In this document: in pieces, positions 1 through 13,211 of the stretch
Layout: every line of letters starts with the position of its first letter
Position numbering within the stretch: position 1 is the first letter of the stretch
Source: Octopus vulgaris
Taxonomy: Eukaryota
Direction: 5' to 3'
Length of the DNA: 64,000 bases
Assembly: GCA_951406725.2 (NCBI GenBank)
Contig: OX597833.1
Location: 8,680,001-8,744,000, forward strand
The notes under the pieces: model-generated
The model's input: only the letters and a program-made list of their open reading frames with translations
What the model was told of the DNA's origin: nothing
Databases searched by the model: none
Position numbers and translations under genes: made by a program

Positions 1-3000
1 AAGTTGTCAACTTTGGCACTTCTCCCAGAATCTTGGAACATTTTTACATTTATTTGTTTTTTGTTGGGTTTTTTTTCTCTCTTTAAACATTCCTTTTTAA
101 TTTCCAGAAGGCCAATGAAAGCCAACTCCCATGATGGAGTGTTTATACCCCAGATAGGGAACTGTATCAAACTCATTAGTTTTAATCCCTTTTTTGTTAT
201 TGTTGTTGTTGTTATTACTATTAGGGCAGTGGATTGGCAGAATCAGTGAAGCATCAGGAAAAATTCTTTGTGCTATTTCTTCCGATTCCTCACATTCTGA
301 GTTCAAAACCCACCAATATCAATTCTGCTTATCATCCTCCCACGTGTCAATAGAGTAAGGTACCAGTCACATACTAGGGTCAGTATAATGTAATCCTAGA
401 TACACTATACCTGAAACTGCATTCAGTTTTGCCGTTCATCCTTCCAGAAGTGTGTGTGTGTGTGTGTGTGTAAGGGGAAAGAGTTTATTAAGATATACCA
501 GTCATATATGGGGGAGAGGGGTCAATATAATTGACTAACAGTTCTTTACCTCTCTTGGTACAATTAAAAATTGGTTTCATCAATATTCTGGTGTAGGAAA
601 CCAACAACTCAGCCTTTAGCTGGTTGATCAAATTGCTAAAGAGAGCAGCCAAACACCCTATCATCAAAAAGAAAAAGGAGAAAAAAGAATAAGTCTGAGG
701 ATACACGGCATTTGTGAAATGAAAGATGGGATAGTCATAGTTGGAATGTCTTTGATCATATGCTTTACTTGGGAAAGGAATGACCTATAGCAAATAATCA
801 TGCAAAGGTCTTGAGAGAAATGACCAACCCAGTCTGGAGCAGAACCATGGAAACACTTCTTACAAAAGCTGCTCATCTCATTCATCCTCATCTTCATCTT
901 CTCTACTTGTTCTTCTCTTCCTCTTTATCCTTTCATAGTTCTTTCTTACCCCCTCCTCCTCCTCCTTCATCAGTTACATTGCTTCTCTCTCTCTTTCTCT
1001 CTACAAAAAAAAACCATTTAACATTCAGAGACTGGTGCTGCCATCTGCCCTATCTCCCTTAAAGAAAGGCATGACCACCACAACTCCCACTTGCACATCT
1101 AATTAACAAGTAATATAATTGCCCCCGCCCCACCCCAATTAGCTGCTAACCCAATAAGCGAATGGCTGCTATCAGGTTCCCTGCCCCACAGACACGGTTC
1201 TGTCACTCACACATTCATCACTTGTTTGTGAGAACCGTTTCTAGTTTTAGACAGATACAACAACACCATATGTTTGTATTCCTCGTGATGTCTGGCACGG
1301 CGCCAGTTTCTGTAGCAATGATTGCAGTGACGTGTTTAGTGAGTTGCAGAGATCCTAAATTATTACTGGTACATATTTTTATTGCCCTCACCCCCCCACC
1401 CACCCCCCAGACATTAGAAGTGAAGCAGATGTTGGTGTGGTTTGAACTCAGAAACAAAAATAAAGCAGTGACCCAGATATTGTATGAAACATTGGGGTCA
1501 GCCCATTATCATATTCATCTTGATACAATATGAAGTTTAAGGGCCACTACACACATACACACACACACACACAATGACTGTTGCTGCTTTAAGAGCAAAG
1601 ATGCACAAAAGAGGACCGTCCCTGTTGGTTTCATGTTAACAGGGTCTGACTTGGTCAATGCAAGACAAACAGAAATGGCCGTAAGCTTAATTCTGTTTAG
1701 GGTTTGGTGCTGCCATGCCACAGTTCTTCCTTATGGTTTTCTCCTCAAAGACAGCCCCGTGTGATGCACTTTTGAAGCCGGAGACAGACTGATGAATGGT
1801 CTGGTGCCAAACTTCATAATTGGCAGCTTCAGCAGAGCACTGGCAACCATTATATACACACACACACACACACACACACATACCTACGCATATATATGAG
1901 GTGAGGGAAAACAGTAAAAGGAATCAGTTGTTGTGAACAAGGGAGGAGACTTTGTTGCTATGGCGATGTAATACTGTCAACGGATGATGACCGTTGGATA
2001 AAGAAATAGCAAGAGATCCAAGTGGGAGGAAGACTTGGGCAGAAGTGGTGAGGGATGGTATGAGGAGGATAGACCACATCGCAAAGAAGATGACAAAGGG
2101 AGAGAAATTTGTGGTGAGACGGTGTGTGGGAGAACACCTGTCCAACCCACATACACAAACAGAAAGATGATATAAAAATTATGATCACACATACATACAC
2201 TCATTTACTTGTTTAAATATTTGGGTTGTGGCTATGCTGGAGCACTGCCTGGAGGTGTCAATTATTTTATCAGTGTCTTTTTGTCAAATCCATAAGTTAT
2301 AGTGATGTAAATGAACCAACACCAGCTGCCAAGAAACATACATACACACACACATATATATATGCCAGTGCCACCTGACTGGCACACCCATGCCAGTGGG
2401 ATATAAAAAGTAGCATTTGAGCAGGACCGATGCCAGTGCCGCCTGACTGGCACCTGTGCTGGTGGCACATAAAAAGCCCCATTCGAGTGTGGCTGACGCC
2501 AGTGCCACCTGACTGGCTCCTATGCCAGTGACACATACACTACACACTCAGAGTGGTTGGCATTAGGAAGGGCATCCAGCTGTAGAAACCTTACCAAATC
2601 TGATTGGACTCTGGTGCAGCCTCCTGGTTTGTCAGTCCATCCAACCCATGCCAGCATAGAAAGCAGATGCTAAATGATGATATGTTTCTGTTTGTGGTAG
2701 AAAACCTTCCACGCATTCAACCGACCGAGATGCTGGAAACCTGATGGCCCATACGTTGTCTGGGACGGAGGCAAACAGGCGGCTTCCTTATCTTCACTAA
2801 TGTCCAGTCTCGGTCAATGATTTGGTCAGACCATCCACATCAATGGAGGATTGTCGTTCCCAACCTTCACAATAATAATTTCTGTTTGCTGAAGATGTGA
2901 AAGAGGCAAACAGGAAGCTGTGACATTCATGCCCTTCCCATAAGTGATACGAATGAAGACTGGGGTAGATAACAACACACTAATTGCTCTTTCTAAATAT

Positions 3001-3462
3001 TATTTTACTTCTTTTGATCCTCATCCTTCCTAAAATTCTATTTTGTTTTCAGTATTCAAATATTTAAAATGGGTCAGAAATAAAAGACATTTCTGGGTTT
3101 TTTCCAAAATATATGGAGTTTTGTTTTTATTGTTGGTGTTATGATTGCTTTCAAGTGGGACTGGCCTTGTTTGAGGGGTGTGTGTGAGAGAGGGAGCTAA
3201 TTCAGAAGAATAGAGATCAATGTAGCAGTGGTGGAAAGAGGGCAGAGAGAGGACACAGTGGGTCTGAGGATCTTGTATTTGTAAAAGAGGCATAAAATGT
3301 TTGTAGGGAAGAAACAACAGTGGAACAAATATGGGAGGAGTCTTACTGAAGAGATGTGGAAGTCTGGAAGATGGAAGAGGGCCAGGGACCTGCTCTTTTC
3401 GGACTGGAAAACAAGTTGTCTGCTCCTGTCAATGTTATATATATAGGTAAGGATCCTCAACA

Positions 3463-4252
3463 CCTCGACTTGAGTCTGCCTCCATCCTCACCAATGCCTA
3501 GACTTGAGTCTGCCTCCATCCTCACCAATGCCTAGACTTGAGTCTGCCTCCATCCTCACCAATGCCTCGACTTGAGTCTGCCTCCATCCTCACCAATGCC
3601 TAGACTTGAGTCTGCCTCCATCCTCACCAATGCCTCGACTTGAGTCTGCCTCCATCCTCACCAATGCCTAGACTTGAGTCTGCCTCCATCCTCACCAATG
3701 CCTTGACTTGAGTCTGCCTCCATCCTCACCAATGCCTAGACTTGAGTCTGCCTCCATCCTCACCAATGCCTAGACTCGAGTCTGCCTCCATCCTCACCAA
3801 TGCCTCGACTCGAGTCTGCCTCCATCCTCACCAATGCCTAGACTTGAGTCTGCCTCCATCCTCACCAATGCCTTGACTTGAGTCTGCCTCCATCCTCACC
3901 AATGCCTCGACTTGAGTCTGCCTCCATCCTCACCAATGCCTCGACTTGAGTCTGCCTCCATCCTCACCAATGCCTAGACTTGAGTCTGCCTCCATCCTCA
4001 CCAATGCCTCGACTTGAGTCTGCCTCCATCCTCACCAATGCCTCGACTTGAGTCTGCCTCCATCCTCACCAATGCCTAGACTTGAGTCTGCCTCCATCCT
4101 CACCAATGCCTAGACTTGAGTCTGCCTCCATCCTCACCAATGCCTAGACTTGAGTCTGCCTCCATCCTCACCAATGCCTTGACTTGAGTGTGCCTTCATC
4201 CTCATGGATGCCGCAACTTGAGTCTGCCTCCATCCTCACCAATGCCTTGACT
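3463..4252. repeat. 34-bp minisatellite, about 23 copies (cct[a/c/t]gacttgagtctgcctccatcctcaccaatg)
   Basis: Units start at 3463, 3497, ... (period 34); near-identical, with no spacers. Confidence 0.97.
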
Positions 4253-5969
4253 TTAGTCGGTCCTTCTGTTTGATAAACTTCAACATCAAGTTGTGACTGG
4301 TTTCCTGGAATATTATTTTATTCCTTTTGTGGCTATAATTATTAGATCAATCCATTTGTGATGGTCATGGCATCATTAAATTGTTGCTGAGTAAAGAAGA
4401 ACATCTGTTTGTTGGCTTCTTCAACGTGAGCCTTGACAAGCATATCGTACCCTGTGGAGTTCAGCTGTTTTACCTGTTTCTAGTCCACAGTCAGAAATTG
4501 TAAAATAAAGTCTTTTCAATTATTAGCAAGGATCTGTAGACACAGTTGAGTTTTTGTTACCTTGGCAACCAAGTTGGGTGTGAAGGAGGGTGTAGTGAAA
4601 GAAGAGTCATCAGAATAAGGAGAGGCAAGATAAAAAAGTTGAAGGAGAAATTACTTTTGCTGGTGACAACAAGAGTCTCTGTTTGAGAGGCAGGTAGATT
4701 GCATGATGCTTGGGTACAAAGTGTGATGCTGCATGGTCGTGAAACATGGAGGATGGAGAGGAATGGAATGAGTATGATGAGCAACATGGTGTGGTGGATA
4801 AATGAACTGGAAAATAAACTAGGTGTAAGGAGAAATCAGATGATGTGCTGTTGGCAGAGGCATGTGGTGTGCATAAATGATGAAAGATGGGTACAGAAAT
4901 GCAGAATATATTTTAAAAAACTATGGACATGGAAGATCAAAAAAAAAAAACAAAAAAAAACAAGACATTCAGAGAAGTAGCAGAAATCTAATCTGAAGAT
5001 GTTGAACCTCACAAAGAAAGGCAGACATAGGAAAGTAGACATAAAAATAATGTTTTGATATTATTTTCTCCTGTTTGTCTGGAACATGGTCATATTTGGA
5101 ATGGTCTTATTTGTTACAAGTGGATCTTGCAACTATTCCAACTGTTATCCACTCAACTAAGGAGAGTGGCACCCAACACATCCTGGTATCCCTTGTCAGG
5201 GAAATTTGATTGAATGAGAAAATGAAATCAATTTTGAATTACAAGGAAAGAATTCTTGAGATTTCTGTGTGACATTTTCCATTTTAAGACGAGAAAATAT
5301 TCTAGCTTTAATTACCTGCTGAATTGACCACTTTTCACTGAGTATCTAATGGCCACCTCAAACATATCAAAACACAGATCCCATTTTGGAGACAGTGGTC
5401 CTGTTGTTTTGGGGCACACAAACCCCATCTACACATAGACACACCAGACAGCCTCCAAAAGGAAGCTGTTCTACTAAGTCAAAGGTTCACTCGCAAATTC
5501 TCTACAACTCCAACATCACAGATACACAGTCGTCTCTTTCTCGCCATTTCTATAACTACTGTTGTTTTCCTAACTTAGCTGTGTCCCCCACACCGCTGCC
5601 ATCAAAGCTTATCTCATCTCTATTAAAAATAACAAAGCTTTCCTCCATCAACAATTCAGCCAGAAACGAGAGAGAGAGAGCTGGAGGTAGTTTAATCCGC
5701 TTTAATGTTTCACTGGTATTTAGTCAATTGATGTGGAAAATACATTAGTTCATATGTAAATGAGTTAGTTTACATAATGTATGTTGATTTGATAATTGTG
5801 AATAAATTATTGATCAAACAATAGTTTGAAAACTGAAGCATTCATCAATGTATACCAAAATTTATTCACACTCACACACACACACGCATGTACAGTGTAC
5901 TGCTCTGCTATCGTTGGGGGTCAACCAAAAAGGGGTCTGTGTATGTGTGTGTGAAGAGGTAAATTTACA

Positions 5970-6122
5970 AGTGTATATAGTTTATATATATGTGTGTGTG
6001 TGTACATATATAGGTGTGTATATATATATATGTGTGTATGTATATATATATATGTGTGTATGTATATATATATATATGTGTATATATATATATATATATG
6101 TGTGTATATATATATATATGTG

Positions 6123-6203
<81 letters not shown>

Positions 6204-6212
6204 GTATAGGTA

Positions 6213-6266
<54 letters not shown>

Positions 6267-6830
6267 AGTGAACTGAGAAGAAGTGTGTGTGTGTGTGTAG
6301 GTGAGCCCCCCCCCCCGCTTCAACCTCCCCATCTTGCACTATTGGTACTAATAGCAGCAAGTGGAGGCAATAAACTCTACCAAACAAACATTAATGAATC
6401 TGAAACTTCAGTCAATTTGATACTGTTGCCATGTTGCCAAGAATTTGAGTGGTTGCGGGGGGGGGGGACTATATTCCTACATTTCATTCCACACCAAACT
6501 GTTTTTGTATTTGTGCATGTGTGTATACATGCATATATACATTGAAACATACAGTTAGGGAACCAAAGAATATCTATAAACAACTTGTTCTAATGAGTTA
6601 TATATTAATGCATGTGTGTGTGTATATACATACATATGTGTGTGTGTGTGTATATTTGTGTCTATATATATGTATATACTCACATAGGTATATTTTGTGT
6701 TTATATATATATATGTATATATATATATAAATATATATATATACATATGTGTATATTTGTGTTTATATATATATGTATATACACACATACACATAGGTAT
6801 ATTTAGTGTTTATATACATATATATGAAAA
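5970..6830. repeat. Compound (TA)n/(TG)n microsatellite fields
   Basis: Directly visible dinucleotide runs at about 5970-6300 and 6600-6830. Confidence 0.95.
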
Positions 6831-8819
6831 TGTGGTGAAGGAAAAGGAGATATTTCCAGAATGGCAATATCTATGTCTTTGCATATTCTGATGCAATATT
6901 GTTTTGGTTTTGTTTTAGATTTTCATAGGATTTCCTTTTGTGTTTCTTTGGCACTGAATCCATCATCAAAATGTCTAAACCTTCAGGTCTGAGTGATTCT
7001 TTGGAGTAGACAGGGACAGTGGCATCGATGAAGGCATTGCAGCCACAACATCAACTGGTTGAGTGGTAGATTCATAACTGTGTGTGTGTGTGTGTGTGTG
7101 TTTAGGTTAGCATTGACTTCTACTCTGAGTAGCTTCCAAATTTCTCTCAGCTCCTGCCTTAGTATAATAATAGAGAGAAAAAGGCAGGCATGGTTGCTTC
7201 CCAACCGCATGGTCCTGGGATCAATCCTGCGATGTGGCACATTGGGCAAATGCCTTTACTATGACCTTGGACCAACCAAAGCCTTGTGAATGGATTTGGC
7301 AGACAGAAACTGAAAGAAGCTTGTCATATGTATGTGTGGGTGTGTTTGTGTCCATGTTTGCCCCCCCCCCACCTCCACCAGGTGTTGGTGTGTTTATGTT
7401 CCTGTAAAAGGCACCAATAGCTTTAAAAAAATAAGAAGTGGGGGTGGGGTTGATTTGTTCGACTAAAATTTCTTCAAGGCAGTGCCCCAGCATGGCCACA
7501 ATCTAATGACTGAAACAGGTAAAAGCTAAAAGCTAACTAACGAGGTAATGCAGTCGTAGAGACAGGTAAATAAAACAGGAGGAGGTCAGGGGTCAGGGGC
7601 TGTTGAGACATCTTTAACCAAAGATCACCTTGTCCCGAGGATAAACATGAATGAAAAAAAGATACAAGTGAGGACAGAACTTGTATAGCCTCATTTAAAC
7701 TGCTCCAGCTGGGTCACTGTCAGACGTTTTAGAAAAGCTTTTGGACAGAAAGCTCAGCTTTCAAATACCAAGCCTGCTTTGAAAATGTTAACCGTATCAT
7801 TTGGTTTGAAGTCTCGTTGACATTCAGGTCTTTCTCACTGCCACAACCTAAACTCATTTGGATAAGGTTTTCCCTTTCAACAGTTGCTGAGGGGGGGGGC
7901 ACATCAATTGTTAGTCAGTGGTGCACAGCGCATAAGGACAGAGCTGTGTCTACAGTCTGCAATTTATCTGAACATTACACACAGCTGTCTCTCATCCACC
8001 ATCCTCGATGGCCTGATGAGTCAACGATGAGAGGGCCCTTAGGGTTTTCATGTATGCTCACCTTTTCAAGGGCACCAAATACATTTAACCCTTTTCTTGG
8101 TATATTTCTGTCTTTGTTTTCAATTAATCTTGAAAATAATGAAGAATTTGTAAAATGACTTGCTATTAACATAAAATTTTGATGGAAGAAAGTTTAATTT
8201 AGACCCCTCTAAAGCAGGTAGTTTGTCTCACAGAACCAGGAGGGGTGGTCGCGGGTGGGTTGATATGAAAAGGGTAGCAGGGTACACACTACCAAGTCAT
8301 CCTCAGTTGCGAGTGATAGCCATGGTTGTTCCCTGATTGACAAAAACTAGTTTCAGTCAATCTTACTAAGTTTGCCTCAATGAATTGATTGAACAAACCA
8401 AAGACTTTTCAACCATGACCATCCAGTCTTAATCCTGTTTGGAAGACTACATTATCCAACACTTTCTTTTCTATGATAGTAGAGAACGATTAGAGGAAGT
8501 TTTAGCTGTTATTTCTAGAGGGTCAAGCACAAACATTGAAGCTCTCTTGTTAGTTTATTTGTTGCTGGATGTTTCCCTGTGCCACCTGAAGGCCCAGAGC
8601 ACACTGGGGTCTGGGAAATGAGGGCATCAATGCCAGTCTGTGCAAACTGTGGTTTGTTATCAATAAATCAATGTAGGGTCCCCTGTCGGTTGCTTTGCCT
8701 GATTTTAGAATAGCCCTGGAAACACCCAAACCAACCAGCCCCAGCTGCCCTGCTTTGTCTGACCTAGGGACCAGCAACTACATCTCTTAAAGTCTTGAGG
8801 AATTGAAAAAGAGAGACAA

Positions 8820-9090
8820 TGTGTGAAAGTCATGAAGAACAACAAGGCTGCGGGGCCGGATGAGATCCCAGCAGAATTGTTGAAATATAAATGGTGACAG
8901 CTGATGGATTGCTGCTGGCAGGGGAAGAAGGACCTTCGAGGTTAGCAGCAAGGGGTGATTTTAAGTTACCAAAAAAGGGAGAACCTAGCAGACAGTAACA
9001 AACTGGAGAGGCATCAACCTGCTGTCGATCGTGGGCAAAGAGGTTTTGCACAGGGCTACTGAGAAGGTTGTGTCAAGTAGTGGCTTCTAA
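8820..9090 (+). mobile_element. LINE reverse-transcriptase fragment (RTE-like)
   Basis: KNNKAAGPDEIPAELLK and NWRGINLLSIVGK pieces. Confidence 0.7.
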
Positions 9091-11087
9091 AGCAACTGAT
9101 CAGGGTGGGAGGGTGGCTGACATAATATGGAAGATGAGTGAATGGAGATGAGATGACATGTCACCAACCGTGTGAGGAGTAGAGGCCATTATAGGAGTGG
9201 TAGAAAAGGCAACAGGAGGAAATGGTGAATCTGTGTCTGTGAATGACTTTATGTCAATCAGTGGAAGAAGCAGCTTTCTTTCGATGGGGGTTTAAGATGT
9301 CTGTGTGTCAAGCACCAACCAAGAGATAGGGTTACAATAATCCTTTGTGAACTTTATCTGAGTCTGCAGACAGGGGTCAATATTGTCAAAGGATGATCTC
9401 TTTTCTAGTCCTGAAGAGAAGGGTCAGACTATGCCTGGAGGACCTAACATTTAGAACACACCAGCCCTCACCACATGCTGCTCCAAATTTAAGGACGGGA
9501 AGATGCAGTTTGATGATGCTCTCTTGATCTGAGGCGTTTGTGGTTTATTTATTTATGTTTTTGCTCTTGATAGAGGCCAGTTTGGTAAGACCCCATTAAC
9601 CATTAAAGGGATCATACCAGTCTTAGACTTCAACTTCCTTCTAGCCCACACTGCCATGGGGTCAAGTGAAGTTAGCACTGGTTTTACTTCCACCTGAGTT
9701 GTTATCCTCACTGTCAGATCTCATGGGAGGGGGCAGCGAAGGAGGCAGATGTATTAATATACGAATGTGTGTGTGCATATATACATATATAATAATATTA
9801 GGGAGTATAACTCCAAACTTACAGGGAAAAATTCAATTTAGTATTAAATCAAATTTCACAGTATAAATATATAAAATCTAAAATAGAAATTAGAGATAAA
9901 ACCACTATGATGCAACTCAAACAGTGATAGACATAAACCAATACATAAATAACCAATATATATATATATAATTTTTTTTTAAATATACAACTTATAACTA
10001 AATCTCGAAAAGTATAAAATGAACAAAATGCTGGTCTTGGCAAAACAAAAATATTTTACCAAAACACCCAAAGAAAAGTAAAAAACATCATCAAATCAAA
10101 TTTGATCCTTTTCTGTAAAACATATACTCAACAATTTCAAACTAGTGACCAACAAGGAAAAACTTCAATGCACTACAATAGAAAACGTTAAAAAAAGCAT
10201 TTTTTTCTTTCTTTTTTTTTTCTTTTTTTTAATAAATACTCAATATGACTGGATTTTCAATCACATATACTTGTTAGGATCTTCATTAAACATTCCAACT
10301 CATATTGCTGTCTATCTCAGTGAAACTCCCTGAAATTTGTATTAATGTGATAATTTAAACATGTTTTTCTGAATTTTCCCTTGTAAATTTAAACTCTCCG
10401 AATCCCCTTATTTTTTTTTTTTTATCATTGATAAACAAATAAATTATCAAAACTGGTTTCGTATTTGAATAAATTTATTGCAAAATTTAAAAGTGACAAG
10501 TTTTGAGATTCAGAAACATTTTCAAACCCCAAAACAAATTCTCCTATGCACATGTGTATATATGTATATATATATATACAAGCAAATGCACCCCTCTTTT
10601 GGACAGTGTAGTTTATTATAATGGTGCAATCCTGTTGATGGTTGAAGTTGAATTAGGCTGCAGTTAGAAGTCGTTTCAAGTTGATAAGCGTAATATGTAT
10701 AATTACCATTTTCGTTAGCAGCTAATGATATGGTATTAAGAAACTCAGGCAATGAATAAATTAATAATAATAAGTTAGTAATAGATGAACGTCCATGAAA
10801 TGAGATCCCACTTGCAGCAGGTATTAGGGATCCAAGACCCTGAAGCGTTTTGTATCATGGAATTATTTTTCTCATAATGCCTGACACAACCATATTGAAG
10901 CCTTTTTTTCAATGAAAGTCTTGTAAGATAAAGAAAAACAAACACACAAATAGAATAATGGCATGTATAAAGGCAGATGCCAGGTTATGCTTATGAGCAA
11001 AGTAAGGAGGGTCATTGGAGGTAATGTTGACAGCAATCAGGGAAATGAAGCAAAATATTGGTGAAATGCTTGCAGGAAGTCTGATTG

Positions 11088-11700
11088 CTAACGGCAACAG
11101 TTTGGCGAAGATGTGAAGAGTGCAGTAGACAAGTAACTACTGTAGGGTTGCTTTGTAAATGACATTTTTGGTTTTTTTCCTTCTGGAGCGTAGACGAATA
11201 AGTTGTCTGGATGGTCAATTCTGGAACAACCAATGTAGAACAGTCCATGTGAAAAGCACAATGCTCGAAGGTCCAATCCAACAACTTTCAGCAACTGACC
11301 TTGTACTTTGTTAATTGTCATGGAGAAGCTGAGTTTGAGGGGGAATTGAAGTGTCTGCATAGGGTGACGGGGACAGTCTGTTGGGTTTAGCAGATTTTTT
11401 GGAATGAAAATGGTATCATTTTTGCCATGTCCCATGAATTGAGAATCCTAAAGTTCTCCATGTGGCTTCATTGGTGGATATGTAGCATCCAGTTTTGAAA
11501 ATAGTCACTTCATCGTTTGTAAAATCTGTTGATCATGTAGATTTCATTTGAAAAACAGCTCTGTCTGATCTTTTGGTAACGTACTTGCATTCGTATGGAT
11601 TTGACAGAATTACAGAATTCTACATTGATGCATGCATAAAATGTCTTGTAGAGCACCCTGTTGAAGGGTATGACCCACTGATTGTCAACCAAAAAAGTAT
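11088..11700 (-). mobile_element. Helitron remnant (Rep-helicase linker fragment plus PIF1-like helicase C-terminus)
   Basis: VDNQWVIPFNRVLYKTFYACINVEFCNSVKSI and LQFPLKLSFSMTINKVQGQLLKVVGLDL...CFSHG.FYIGCSR are characteristic Helitron RepHel motifs. Confidence 0.9.
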
Positions 11701-13032
11701 AGCAAGAGATACAAATGTAAAGGAGACAATTCCTGAATGTTACTTCACAAAGACTTACCTCCTTTGTCCACAGTAGTCACTGTACATCAGAAATGGAGGT
11801 TTTTCTTACCCTTTCTTTAGAAGCCTCATTATTCCATAAGTGAAAAATCTAGAGTATAGAACCATCTGTAGAACATAAGTGATGTATTTGTTAAGTGTGA
11901 ATGAAATCAGATGAAAAATATTGATTTTACAGGGGATCAACTAAATGGTCGGTCACATATACATACACATCTTCTGTCATATATATATATTTATAAGTTA
12001 GGTTATATTCTGTTAAGAACATAGTACAGCATAAAGCTTGTCCACCGTCAGATCTCACCCAGTGTTGACAGTAGTATTATACCTGCTGCCAGATTTTTGT
12101 AGTGTGTGAATGGATTGCCGAATAATTTGGAGTCAACAAGAAGCAGTATAAAGGAACATATTTTTGTAATAACTACAAGAATTTTCCCAATGCAGGGAAA
12201 TGGTTACGTAACCAAATACCTGTGCACTTGGAGAACTCTGTTAATGGGAAACAACTGCAGGAATTACAAAAAATGTTCCATCTTGACAACTTATTCAATT
12301 ATGTCATCATCATTCACCATCCATTGTCCATGCTGGCATGGGTTGGACGGTTTAACAAGGACTGTTGAGATGATGGGCTGCACCAGATTCCAGTCTGATT
12401 TGGCATGGGGTCTAAGTGGCTGGATACCCCTCCTAATGCCAACCACTCCAAGAGTGTAATGGGTGCTTCTATGTGCCAGTTGCATGACACCAGTATGTCA
12501 CAATTACCAGTATGTCAATTGGCTTGATGGGTCTACCTGCTCAAGAACAGCATATTGTCAAAGGCCTCAATCATTTGTCATTACCTCTATGATGACCAGT
12601 GCACGAAGGGTGCTCTTCACACAACACTGGCTTTGGCCACATTGCTTCTGTGAGGCCCAACACTTGAAGGGTGCCTTTTACATGAAACCAGCATCAGCCA
12701 CACTGCCGAGGCCCAACACTCAAAAGGGGATTTTTATGTGCCACTTAAGTAATATATATATATATATACAAGCTAAATTACCCAGTAATACCCAGAAAAA
12801 ACAGGGGTTATTTCCAGTTCCTGTTCCCATTAAACTGTTTCATGTCCTATCCCATTCCCTGTTCAGTTCCTATTTTAGTTCTGCTCCCTTTCCTATCCCC
12901 AATTCTATGTCAATATATAAACTTTAGAACCAGGTGTAATGAAGCCATTAAATATTTTATTAACTTTTATGGTTAGGCGACCAAGTGTGTAGTGGGGGGG
13001 GGGGGGTTGCTCTAAGAGTGTAGTGACTAGAG

Positions 13033-13211
13033 CAGTGGTTTTCAACCAGGGTTCCGCAAGGAGTTACAAAACTACTAAAATCGGCAGTAATTTTTAAGTC
13101 TCCTGTGCAGATATGTGTGCATAAGACTATTAAATTATTGCACAGGGGTTCCTCGAGCCAGTGGAATGTTTCCTTGGGGTTCCGCTCCAGCAAAAAGTTT
13201 GAAAAGCACTG
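13033..13211. mobile_element. Non-autonomous hAT (Charlie-like) MITE
   Basis: TIRs CAGTGGTTTTCAA / TTGAAAAGCACTG with a perfect 8-bp TSD GACTAGAG (13025-13032 and 13212-13219). Confidence 0.9.

Noticed and set aside
3463-4252. CRISPR-like array (34-bp repeats with an internal palindrome)
   Set aside because: Units are directly adjacent with no unique spacers, there are no cas genes, and the context is eukaryotic. It is a minisatellite.
5848-6891. YI/CV/HT-repeat ORFs
   Set aside because: Translations of (TA)n/(TG)n microsatellites.
4240-7847. Stop-codon recoding (selenocysteine or A-to-I stop-to-Trp) rescuing the exon-like islands
   Set aside because: Stops are a mix of TGA, TAG and TAA, some clustered, and frameshifts also occur. 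Ordinary decay is far more parsimonious.
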